Assembly: GCA_036172245.1 (NCBI GenBank)
Contig: JAYWIR010000015.1
Span: 2,914,001 to 2,978,000, forward strand
Reading direction: 5' to 3'
Length of the DNA: 64,000 nucleotides
From: Raillietiella orientalis
Taxonomy: Eukaryota
Positions within the stretch are counted from its first letter, which is position 1. Every line of letters starts with the position of its first letter. A program made the position numbers and the translations under genes. Below, piece by piece: positions 37,051-48,397 of the stretch. Below the pieces are notes generated by a model that was not told the origin of the DNA, ran no database searches, and saw only the letters and a list, made by a program, of their open reading frames with translations.

Positions 37051-38246
37051 TTCACTCGCGGCAGAATGCTGCCTGCGGCGTCGAGCGCAGCTCCGTACTG
37101 CTTACGCGGGGACATGGCGGACCAGAATCCGCGATGACAGTGGCAGGACGCCGGACACCATCCCGATTGTGATTTTCTTTCGGGGGATGACACAAGACGG
37201 CGCCATCATACTCGGCATAAGGAGGACCTTGCCGGAATCCTGCACAGGATGCAAAGGACTCCAGGAAGCGATGATCCCTTCTTTTGCCAACCCATATTCT
37301 CAAGTACATTTTTTTTTTGCTATTTGTTTGCTTCCTGCCCCTTCATTTGTCCCTGTGCGGACCTCTGGAGGCATTCCGCTCGCGAGAAGCAGTTATCTCC
37401 GGGACCCTGGCCAATGTAATGGGACGACCATCCCACCACGAAGGAGCAGCTCTTTTGTTCTTGCACGACAGTTTGTCTGTAAAGATGTGCTTTTTTTTTT
37501 TTTCTCCTCACAATGAACCCTCCAGTGTGACTGGATGAAAACCCTGCCTATCGTTTTGCAGGGGTCGTTGGCGCTGGCAATCCCCGGCGTCCGAGAGCCC
37601 TCCGGGGGAGAATGGGCGGAGACGCTGCGGCGGCGGGGAGGAAAGGGGGATGGTGTGGGGGAAGGATACCCCTCGGCCTACGTCGGCCGGCGGGGCGTGC
37701 TGGCACCTCGGATGCAGGGGGAACGCGGGGCGTGGGTCCGTCCCTTTTTCAGCACAGCGTGCAGGTTGGGAGCGCAAGGCGTGTCCCGCCCGAGCGCTGC
37801 TGCGGAGACACTACGGACCACCATCGCACTCGTTCCTCGACGCCCTGCGTCCTGCTTTCCGATGCTCCCGTAACGCACGGAAGGCGGGCGGCCTTCCCTA
37901 TCGGCACCGGTCGTTCCGTGCGGGCGACCGCCGTAGGAGGAGGTTCATCTCTCCCTTTTTTCTCCTTGATCCTGCTGGATGCTGCATCCAGCGCCGAAGA
38001 AGTTTATTGGCGATGAGCACAGCAGTAGAAGGTCGAGGTATCTTCGCGGTGAGCATGGCATTCGCCAGGACTTTCGGTCCTCGATACCTTCCGTGGAGGC
38101 AGCCTGAACTACTTACGCAGCAGCTGCAGGATCTTTCTGTGCCGCTTATTCTCGCGGGTTCCCACTTTATCCACGATGGGGCGTGGAGGGAAGAAGGGGG
38201 CGGGGGCTGAGGGAGGAGAAGGGCTCCCTGCTTGCGAGGGGAGGGG

Positions 38247-38866
38247 TCAGAACACCTCAGGCGTCCTCAGGGACGCGGACATGCGCTTATAGGCGCGGGA
38301 GACGTAGGAGTTGAGCAGCAACTCTTCGGGGGCGGGACACTCGACGAGGAACCACCAATTGCACGAGAGTATGGAGCCGTCGAACAGGGTCATCTCAGGG
38401 CAGGCGAAGTTCACCTTTTCGCCGTGCTCGCTGCACAGGTGGAAGATCTGAAAGAGGTGGTGGGGAAGGGGGAGAGGAGGAAGATAGGGAAGGAGGCGGC
38501 GACTCACCTTGCACCTGTGCTGGATGCTTCCGTAGAAACCCGGCAGGTGCGGTTGCTCTTCGCATGAAAAGTTGTCATCCTTGAACTTGTAGGGGATGCC
38601 GGGCTTCATGACGCTCGCGTTTGGGTACTTCATGGGGAACATCTGCTGCGGAGCCAGGATTACCTGCATCTTCCACTCCTCCTCTGGGGCCACGTGCACC
38701 AGCACGCGGGTTTCCTGCCCGGGTTCGGGAGGACCCCTGAAGAGTTGCTGCTGCTGGTGGTGGTGGTGGTGGTAGTCCAGCGCGGAGAGCCTTCCAGCTT
38801 CCCCGTTCGTCTGGGATCTCCTCGGAATGCCGTTAGCGAGGAAGGAGGGCCCCTGGATGGTTGGAT
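38247..38866 (-). CDS. Chitin-binding type-2 (CBM14/peritrophin-A) protein, 3' exons; 5'/signal exon not located
   Basis: Six-Cys domain FSCEEQPHLPGFYGSIQHRCK|IFHLCSEHGEKVNFACPEMTLFDGSILSCNWWFLVECP after removing the 60-nt intron 38448-38507. Upstream acceptor CTAATGGCAG| at 38867. Confidence 0.85.
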
Positions 38867-40099
38867 CTGCCATTAGCAGAAAGGGGATGCAAAAGAGGGG
38901 GGGGCAGGGGGTGGACGGAGGGCATCCCCAACTCTCGAATCAGAGAGAATCCGGAGGAGGAGAGTCCAAAGGGAGCGGGGAAGGAAAAATTTCCCTGCTG
39001 CCACCTTCCTGGATTTCTCCAGGCATCTTGTTCTGACGGGCCACCCATGCCACTTCCAGGAAAGTGGCGGTCCAAGGTCACTCGCGGAAAAGTTGGAGGG
39101 GTGGCGCGCCGGATTCTCTTTGGAGTGAAAGGGAAACCACGCATGCTGTGGTAGAGCCCACAGGAAGAAAGGCATCAGTCTGTCCCTCTCTGTGCCCCCG
39201 AGGGTGGTTCACATGCCTGCGGGCGACCCGAAAGGCGACCCCTCCCCCCCCAAAAAAGGTGACTCAAGCGCATGGGGAGGAAATGCACTCGCAGAGGTGC
39301 ACGGCGCAGTGCCAGCCGAGTGACCCACTGCCACGGACCCATCTGGACCCGCTCCCTCGTACCCCATCATCCGTCCAGCCCGCATCGCGTGGGGTACACG
39401 AGTGTGCTACGCGTTCCCGCAGTCCACACGCAGGTGGGGCAGCGCATTGCCCCAAACCGTTCGGACCGCTGCTTTCGTAGTCCCCCTCGGGAAATCCTGC
39501 ACCTCGGGGGAGGAGGAGAAGGAAGAGGGGGGAGGAAGCTCAGACCCGCAAGCGAGAGGCCAGCTGCATCGCACCGCGCCTTCGGAGGCACCGCGAGGGT
39601 GAGAAGGGGGCGAAGGACGGCGCTTCTACTCGGTGCAAGACAAGGAGACATGTGTGGTGGCTGCATCCCGACAACGCGAGCCTCTTCCTCCCGCCTCCCT
39701 CCTTCCTGCCGCCGAAACCAATCTCTGACGCTTATTCCGGAGCAGAGGGACGGTTACTAAGGACTCCATCTGCAAAGGGCGAAGGACCCACTCTGGCTGT
39801 TTTGCTGGAATGAGGGGCAAGGGGCAAACGAAGTGCTCCTTCACACGGCGCTCACGCAGTCTCGTGTGAACAGCCGTGTTGCCATCTCGTGAGGGTCAAC
39901 CGAACAGGATAGTGGTGCCCCTTTCCTCATTCCTCGGTCAATGAAGCGACTGCACGGCGATCTTCTTCTCTCGATGCACTTCCGGCAATGAGAAACTGTT
40001 CCGGGATCTCACGCCTCGGCCTCTCTCTTACGCATCCGTTCCGGATCCTCTCCACCCATTTTCCCTTCCCATGCCGATCACCGTCGATCGAATCCAGGA

Positions 40100-40900
40100 T
40101 CTTTCAGATACGTGTACTCTTTCTTCCTGTCTCCGGAGCGATGGACTGGGTCGGGAGACGTGATCCTAGGGGATTCTACCCGGAGGCCGAGACTCCCACG
40201 ACAATCTACAGAGGCCACCAGGAGCATAGTCCTCTTGGGAAATGCTGGAAAGGGAAGTCGTCGGTTCCCGCTGCCAACGGGCAACAGAACTGGAATCCCC
40301 GGAACGGCCCTGGAGTGGCGACCCATCTCTTCGGGTTACCGCCCCACGTCTCGTAGTGGTCCAGGGATCGTCCGGGAAAACAGTCTCGGAGTGTGCGTTT
40401 CAGCTTTCCCGCTGCCGAAGGGAAGCGCACCCACCATCTTTGCCCACCGCGCAAATGAGCAGAGGAAAGGCGCGACGTTCCCGGCTGCTCTTCGCGCTCT
40501 GGGAGGGAAAGAGAGGGGGGAAGAAGAGGGGTGGTTCTGGGGAGGTGACGTCAGGTTCTCCTCGGCAATTGTTTCCGATTTAGGGATCACCCTCTCTTCC
40601 TGCCCGGGGGCGGCGATGACGCGCGGTTTGCGTTTCCCCGAGAGAAAGGGGTCCGGACTCCGCGCTCTCTCCAACCACATCCTGGCGGTGCAGTGCCTTC
40701 AGCACTGCAGCCAGTCTTCACGGTCGCGTGGGCTAAGATCAAAGCGTCCACCCACCGAACTTGTGACGTCAATCCCAGAGAAGGGGGAGTCCGAAGCAGA
40801 CGTCACTGAACACGTCGCGCAGGTCTCGAGGATCTGGGGCGTGGCAACGAAAAGTAAGAAAGATGGAAGAGGCAAGTGCTAAGGCTGAGGGGTGAGTCGC
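40100..40900 (+). mobile_element. Decayed LINE reverse-transcriptase fragment
   Basis: KCWKGKSSVP (P..WK.A.V.P-like), SSGYRPTSR (NYRPISL-like) and DVRFSSAI (LDFSKAF-like) occur in order across frames. Confidence 0.35.
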
Positions 40901-43900
40901 ACGGGGTAGGACACGAACGAAGTCTTGGCTTGGAGTCCAATCCGTCACCTCGCCTCAGGCGATGCAGGACGAAGCAAAAGGGTCGGTTGGTTCTTTTGTT
41001 TGGAAAAACCGGCATCCCCAGGATCCCGTTAGGTGCGAACGTCAGTCCGTGACTGCGCTCGCGGGTGAGCGCGCTGGAAGCGAAGGAGACCGACGCACAC
41101 ATCGCCATCGCGAAGGCCACGAAGGCACGCTGGAGCGCTCTCTTCTTGGGGAGGGAATGGGGGGAAGGGAGGATGCGCGTTCGGGTTCCCTGCACAAGAC
41201 TCGCTCGAGTGGGAGTATCTCCCTCCTTCATCCCGGAACTGCATGTCTTTCCTAACTCCCTCGAAACTGTACGCCGCCATTCCTGCTGTGGATGCCCCAT
41301 CTTCCGGTAACAACAGTAAGCGCTGCTTACAAAGCTCCCGGACGCATCAGCTGGCTCTATCAGAGTGACTTTAGGGTTACGTTGGGAACGGGGTGTCTCC
41401 AATGGAGCGACCGTGGGTGATCTTGTCTAAAGAAGAGGGCGCGGTTCACTGCCGTCTTCGCGCGCTTCCTGGTTCTTCGGCGCCTGGATGTGGCTTTTTT
41501 GATCCCGAAGATGGCAGAAAGCAGGCAAACAGGCGCGGGACAAGATGCATTCCGGGCGGGGTAAGTGTCCATCTTTTTTTTGTGCGTGTTTCCTCCCCCG
41601 CACACGCACGCGTAGGAAGCAGCCGCGCGCACAGTCGTGAGATGGTGGTGCCCTTCCCTGGAGCCCTCGCCCCTGACCGAATGAAAGTCGGCCGACGTCT
41701 CGCAACGATTCGCTTCCGCTTCCTTGTTCCCCTGCTGCATCGCAACGGGGTCCTCCTCTGACGAGCAACTGCTAACGGGGAGGAGGGTCAGGGTAGCGAC
41801 GTCATGTGCTTCCGTGTTCGCGGCGGCAGGAGGGCACGCCCCCGAAGCGCCGCGAGCACTGGCTGACCCCCACCGTCGACCCAGCGGCCGCTCCGCCAGC
41901 CGCGCTGAGCAGCAGCAGCTCCAAGTCCTGGACTTGAGTCCAGTCGACACTCGCTGAGGAAACAGCGGGTCTACGCTTCGGTCTGGGAATCAAAGGGAGA
42001 CACGCTGTCCCTCCATTCCTCCTTCCCCGACTCCCGCCGAGTCTCCGCTCGCGGGCGGACACGCATTTGGCGCGTTCGCATCCGCGTGGCCGCGCCGGTG
42101 GTTCGTTCCTTTTCCTCGAGAGATTCTTTGAGACTGCGTCCAAGAAGCCCTACTTTACCTGGCCCTTCCGCGGTGAGCCTGGGGAGCCTGAGCAAAGAAT
42201 GCGGACGACCTCGGTCAAGTCATGCAGAAAGAAGCCGCACATCAGAGGCGAAGTGGTCCTGGAAGTTCGTCAACGGAATGGAGTTGGTAGCGTCGTCGTC
42301 AGCACGCGGCTAACCAGCGAAGGACAGTCAGAACGGGAACCGACAGATCCAGGAAGTATCTTTAGGAAACGATAGTTGAAAGGGAACGGGGTGCATCCGG
42401 GAATGTCCGAAACTTCTTTCGAGGGTGCGCACCAAGTGCAGAGGGGGTCGCCAAGCTGAATTTTGGGAATCTCGCGGAAATTATTTGGCGCCTTGTGCAC
42501 GCGCGGGGGAACGCCAGGACGAGTATGTGAGCGGACGCGCTGCGAGGGGGACCCTGGTGTGCCGAAAGCATGGACCGCAACAGCGAAATTCGATGGAGGA
42601 ACCGAACGGTGCTCCATGGGGATGGTCCATGGGGACCTCAAAAGCGAGACTTGTGGGTAAGCAGGAATGCCCGGATCTCTGGCCAGGGTTCGTGGGACCA
42701 AACTTCCTCGTGCCAGGACTACAAAAACAGCTCTTTGCGAAAGATCACCGAACATGCAAGAGAAGCCGCCAGAAGGAAGCGTGCTGACTGACCTTCTTTG
42801 CGTAAGAGTAATCCTTCAGGTGACCACCTGGGCTCTTGTACTCCGTGTTGGAGAATGATTTACTGAATCCGTCTTCGTCTCCGAGTTCCAGTCCTAAAAT
42901 TCGAAACTTGAGCATCAGAGGAGCAATGACATGGCGATCGGACGAGGAACCGTTGGCGCGCACACGCGCGCGTGTTTGCGCGGCGATCTTTTGCCGCGAA
43001 AATAAAATCGCTCCATCGCTTCCAGGACAGATGCTGGAGGCAGACCTGGTTTTTGCGGAACGATGATGGCGCATCACCGATGCGCATGTCTGAGGCGAGA
43101 CCGTAATGAAGAAACGGGGAAGCTAGATGGTGGAGGAATGTGGACGCGGTGGACCCGCAAGGGACTTCGACGACGAGCGGCGCTTCACCGTAAATAGGTC
43201 CCCAAACTGAAATCTGCTTGTTCACCGACGCACGCGAGCGGGCGGACTTTAGGGCCGACAAGTGAGTTCTTTTAGCGGTGGGGAGGGCCTCGGAGACGAG
43301 ACCATAGCAACCCGGCATGCTGGATGCTGGATGCTTCAAGTACGCTTTCCCCAGGACGCTTCGGACAAGTTCTTCGCTCTGGAAAGCTGTTCGGCTTATT
43401 CTATCAGGCAAGGGACGCTGGCCAGGATGGAATGCACCCCCCACGTGCAGGAGCGGCGTCTCTTTGTGCTGGAAGCTCGAGAGACGCACAGAAAAGGTCT
43501 CGACCCGAGGTGCACCCCAGCTTCCACATGCCCTGTCAACCATGGCTGCCATTCCGAGAAGCGCCGGACTGACATTTCCAGGCTGCAGTTCAAAGGCCAT
43601 ATTTTCTTAGGCTCACTTATAGACGTTTTAAGCGTGACAGGGTGACCATACAAAGAAGGGAACCATAAAAGCGGGTCCAAGGAGACCGCGCGCTCAATTG
43701 GGTCAGCGTGAAGAAGCAACAGGTGAAGCAACTGTCAGGAAGTGAGGCCGGAGCTTTCATTGTGGGGACATAATACGCAAGGTGTTTTCGCTGCCAGCGA
43801 GTATCGGCGGTCCCGGAAGTTAAAAGAGGGAAGGAAAAATGCCTCTCCATTTTTCTTTTCTTTCTTTTGCATAGCGTGGGAGGTCACAGCAATCTTCGGG

Positions 43901-46900
43901 TAAGATAAGCAGCAGCATTCCGAACACGACCCGCTTTAAGATACCGCTTGCAGTAACGACGTAGCTGGGAGGCAGCTTGCTGAGCAGCGAGAGTTCCGGG
44001 TTTCCAGGAAGCGCGCGCTGCCGGTGGTTCGGGGAAGGGGGGCAAGAGGGCGGCACAGAGGGGAGCTGCGGAGCAAACCGAGCCAGGAAAGGCTCTCACC
44101 CCTTCTCGATCCAGGCAGGTTCTGCTTGCGGAAGTGATGGCACCCGTAGGGAGGGAGCTGCGGCTTCAGCAAGGGGGATCGCCCGTCGGTCCTCTCGCAC
44201 GAGCGCCGGATCCCCGGCTGCATTCTTTTCAGGACCCGCCTCCGCGCCTTCCCAAGCGGGAAACCGCGCTCTTCTCTTCCGCCTAGGCATCCCGCTTGCT
44301 CCCGCTGGGAGCTTCAGGAGCGTGCTGGGTCAGGAGGGACTCATCTGCAAGTGCACGACGCTCGGGTTCGGATCTGGGTCGCGGTCCTGTGACTCCTGAG
44401 CTTCAGGTGAAAAGAACAAAAAGGAGGGAATGCCGGGTCACGTGGAGGGCCAAGAGACGAGAACAGCCATCCGTGAAGCGGCACTTTGGCCGCTCCTCCT
44501 TCTCTCGACTCGGAGTCGAGGTGCCGTTTCGCGAAGAATCCTTGAGACAAACAGAAGGTAGCAGGCAGACCCACTGACCGCGTTGGGGGTGCGGGCCGAA
44601 TCAGCGGTGAAGTCCTGGACCGTTTTTTGCTGCTTTCCACGTGCTTCTGGCATTTGTTTTCTTTTATCTCTCTCTTCGAGACGCGTTGCTTCACGCACAG
44701 CTTCCGCTCTCGGTTTCTTCTCCGGAGGAAGGGAACCTTACTGACTCCTCTGAAGAGAGCACCGATGGGAGTACGCGCTTTCTGCATACCGGAGAGGACA
44801 CCCTCCCGAGGGATGCCAACTGCGTGAACGCGATGGAGGACCCCTCGAGAAAGGGGTCGGCTCTGTTGCATAACTTCCAGGAGTTACGGAGCTTCCGGAG
44901 TCCGACCGGCCAGGGGCCGCAACCCAGCGTCCCGCCGGGGAGGCCTTTGCCGCGCCCATTCTCGGCGTCGGTCGTTTGTCCGCAGACGCCAGGTGCCGCG
45001 CGACCTCCACCACTGGCATTCGAGTGCTCGACGACGCCACCATACGGAGGCTCTCTAGACGCCGTTCTGCTGCCAAGTACCCGAGGTGCGCGTGAAGCGG
45101 GAAGAAGGTCTGGAGGAAACCGGAGGGTCCAATCTCGTATTCCCGGTTGCTAGTTGACGGGGCATCCGGCTGAGCACGGGAGCGCGTCTCTAACAACGCA
45201 TACCCGAAGCCTGGAGCCATCTCCATGCGATGCTGCGGGGACTCTCGACCACGCCAATCCCTTCGGCCCTTTACGAATGGTCGGACCACGCTCGGGTTTG
45301 TTTCTGACTGGGAAAGAAGCGCACAGGATTCGCTCCACGCTCTTCTCGGAGGAATCGCATTCTTCCTCATGCTTTTGGGTTGCGTTCCTCTCCTTTGAAT
45401 GCCTTCGTCTGGTCCCTCTTCGTTTGGAGTTTCTGATTTCCCGGTAGCCACCAGGGTTGCACATTCCCCTCTTTCCCTCAGGTCTTCGTCGAGCCAGTCT
45501 TTGCGTGCCACCAAGCGCGGGTCGTGGGGACGTCTTCGGGTGCGCGTCCCTATCACGAGGCGGCCTGGCCGTCCAGTGCAAGGCGAGCTTTCCAGAGGTG
45601 AGAGGAACGGAAGCGATGCAGAACACGGGAATCCTCACCGGGATCTTCCAGCCTCCACGGTACTGCGCAGGCGCCAGTCCCCGCGTTCGCTCGACGTTTC
45701 CCTCCCCTCCAACAGGTGGTTTGGTTGTCCTTTGCCAAGGGGAGGAATGAAGGGAGGGGAGGGGAGGGAGTGCAACCAAGGACTGGGAGCCATCGTCGAG
45801 TTTTCCCGAGGACCTGACGATCCGGGCGAGGGGAAGATGCATCCAGATGCGAGCTGGGGAGGAGACCCAGGTCCACCCGGGATCAGGAGGCGCGCGGCAG
45901 TATCCGAAGAGCGGGTGCAGTGCGCGTCGAGCCTGTGGAGGTCCGCCGCGTTAGTCTTGCGCCCATTTCTCTCGGGAATGTTGTTCTTGAGCGTGACCTA
46001 TGGCGCTCGAAGGTCTGAACGTGCTGCTGCCGCTGCCGCTTTCCGGGAAAGGAGCTGGAAGTGGGCGCGCGCTTCTTCCCAGGAAAGGGCGGGGGGATTG
46101 CTGGGAACTCAGTCTGACCCGATCTCTCGGGCCACGCACCTCGCGGAAGAGAACTGGAGCATCACAGTGCGCTCTTGCGCATCCCGCGCGCGCCGCCGAG
46201 AAGGTTCCGCCAGGTGCGCAGAGAGACACGAGAGAGGAGTGCGTGGGTCCGCCCCGTTTCGGATGATCAGTTTCTGGACTGCCGCGCCATGGCCACCGGC
46301 ACTTTGGGGCTGCCGCGACTTCTCCACTGCACGAACCAACTCGTTAGGCGGATGAGGACCTTCCTTGGTCCCCTCCTCCCACCCCGCTAGGAGGATTCCC
46401 CTCTCCCCTCTCCTTGCGCATCTGCGGGAGCCGGGACGACCCACTACCCACACTGGCCTCTCCCGGAGAGGTGCGCCCTTTGGGGGAGGTTGGGGAGAGC
46501 GAGGATCCGGTTTCGCTCCTGCTCGTTTTTCTTCTCTCGTCCGTGCTGCTTGGAGAGGAGAGAAAAGGCAGCCTCCGCACCGTTGAGGTTGAGGGAGGAA
46601 CGGAGTCCACAGCAGTCGGGTCGCATGCGAACGGTTCGCGAGTCGATCCGGGATTCCTCCCGGGAGAGCTCGGGTCCCTCAAGGAAGGGGGGGGGACCGG
46701 AACTCTGGTCCCTCTCCAGCACCCCAGAACCCCTTGCAGGAGGCCCTCGGCGGGTCCTCCGCTTTCAGAGCTCTCCGAGTTGAAACTAACGGAAGGAAGG
46801 AGGAGGGAGCAGGAGGCGGGATTCCCTGGAGGAGAAAAGTCTTCCCTGAGGGGGCGCGCTCCACGTGCTGGAGCACCCTCCTTTCCCCCTCCTCCTTCCC

Positions 46901-48259
46901 CAGTGAACCCAGAGAACGCCTGCCAACTCGCTTCCCGTTTGCGCGAGGTCATTGCTACTTCGGCGACCGCGTCCAGGGGGATCGAGGGGATGGATGAATC
47001 GGGCGGAAGAGCTCTCCTCCTCCTCCTCCCGCCGCCATTCCCACCTCTCGTCGGGTACTGAGAGCTTCGCCTTCAGCGGCAGCCTGCGGAGGCGGGGCGC
47101 ACCTGTCGCTACCCGGAGAGGAAGGAAACCGGAAAGGGAAGAGGGAGGAGAGGGTTCTGCCGGGAGTGAGCATCCGCGGGATGGCTACCTCCTCCCCCGC
47201 TTCCGAATGGGGTGATGGAGGGTGTGTGCGCGCACATGGAAATCGATCTGTATATCGATCCATGTGGAGCAAGCGCGTCTGATGATCTTCCGGTAGAAAC
47301 GAAGTCCTCCTCGATGTCCTGCCACACGTTCCTAACCGAGGAAGAGGGGCCGAACGGGAGGCTCCAAGCAGTTCGGTCTCTGTGCAGTGAGCCCTTCTCC
47401 ACCCTAGCATCCCTCTCCCGACATCCAGGCTCAGAGCGAGATTCCGCCTGACCTCCCCCCGCAACCTCTTTCCTGTCCTTCCTATTTTTGTCACCTGGAT
47501 GGGAGAGACGAGCGTACTAGTGCGTATGGGGAGACGATAGGACGGCTGTCTCGCGACGGTGGTGTCCCTTGGTAACAGCTCCTCTCCGCTCAAAAGAGAG
47601 CGAGGGAAGACTGAGGACCTACCCCAACTTGTACGAGCTTTCTCCTCTCTGCTGACTGGTTCTCTGGACCAGAAGAAGAGTAGGCACTGGGTATCGGGGA
47701 CGAAGCTCCGTTATGGCAAGGGGAGGAGGCTGGACTGAAGAAGCTGATGATGATGACGGTGACGACGACGACAAGGAGAAGGAAGGGAGGGGGGGGGGAG
47801 GAGAATTCCCGCACTCGCCTTCGCGAACCAGCAGTGCGATCGAGGCATGTCTGGAAGGAACGAGGAAAGACGTCCCTCGACGGCAGGGGCCGAGGTCTCG
47901 GGAGGAAGGGAGGAGGGAGCGGTGGGAAGGAGAGCGATTTCCGAAGAACCAAGGAATGGGAGGACAAAGGGAAGGAGGAAGGAAGGAGAGAGGGAGAAGG
48001 AGGGAAAGGCAGGAGTCCTCCCAGAACCCACTGGAAGGAGTTCCTCAGAACCCATAGTTCTAGACTCTTCTCCGGGTCTTCGCGCGCAAGGAAAGAAATC
48101 CCCTTCTCCCTCGTTCCGGAAACCAGCTGAGACGGCACGGACCCCGTCTTGCCCACCTGATTCCCGGCAGCAGGCTGGGTCCCGTTGCGCGACCCGGCAC
48201 GTGCGTCCTCGGAGCGCCGTGCGCAGGCTTCCCGAGGCGCCGGGGTGGATCCCTCTTAC

Positions 48260-48397
48260 CTCCTCCCAGAGACACCCGGAGTCCTCCGATGTCTCTCAGC
48301 CTAAACATGAGGGTATGCTTCAGGTTGCACAGCAGCCGGAGACCGTAGGTGTTCTGGAAGACGCACACCGGGGAGGCTGGAGGCAGGAAGAGCGGTA
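48260..48397 (-). CDS. Orphan internal coding exon (138 nt, phase 1-1), parent gene unknown
   Basis: Acceptor TCTCCTGCTTTCAG|, donor GAG|GTAAGA, and an open frame with strong C/G third positions (PLFLPPASPVCVFQNTYGLRLLCNLKHTLMFRLRDIGGLRVSLGG). Confidence 0.5.

Noticed and set aside
43638..43652. CAGGGTGACCATAC, resembling a hAT-Blackjack terminus
   Set aside because: No matching inverted partner or target-site duplication was found.
42100..44060. Possible endogenous RNA-virus polymerase (YAKERKEKWRGIF resembles the KERE.K..GR.F premotif)
   Set aside because: No downstream RdRp motifs were recognisable and the frames are discontinuous. A tBLASTx search would be needed.
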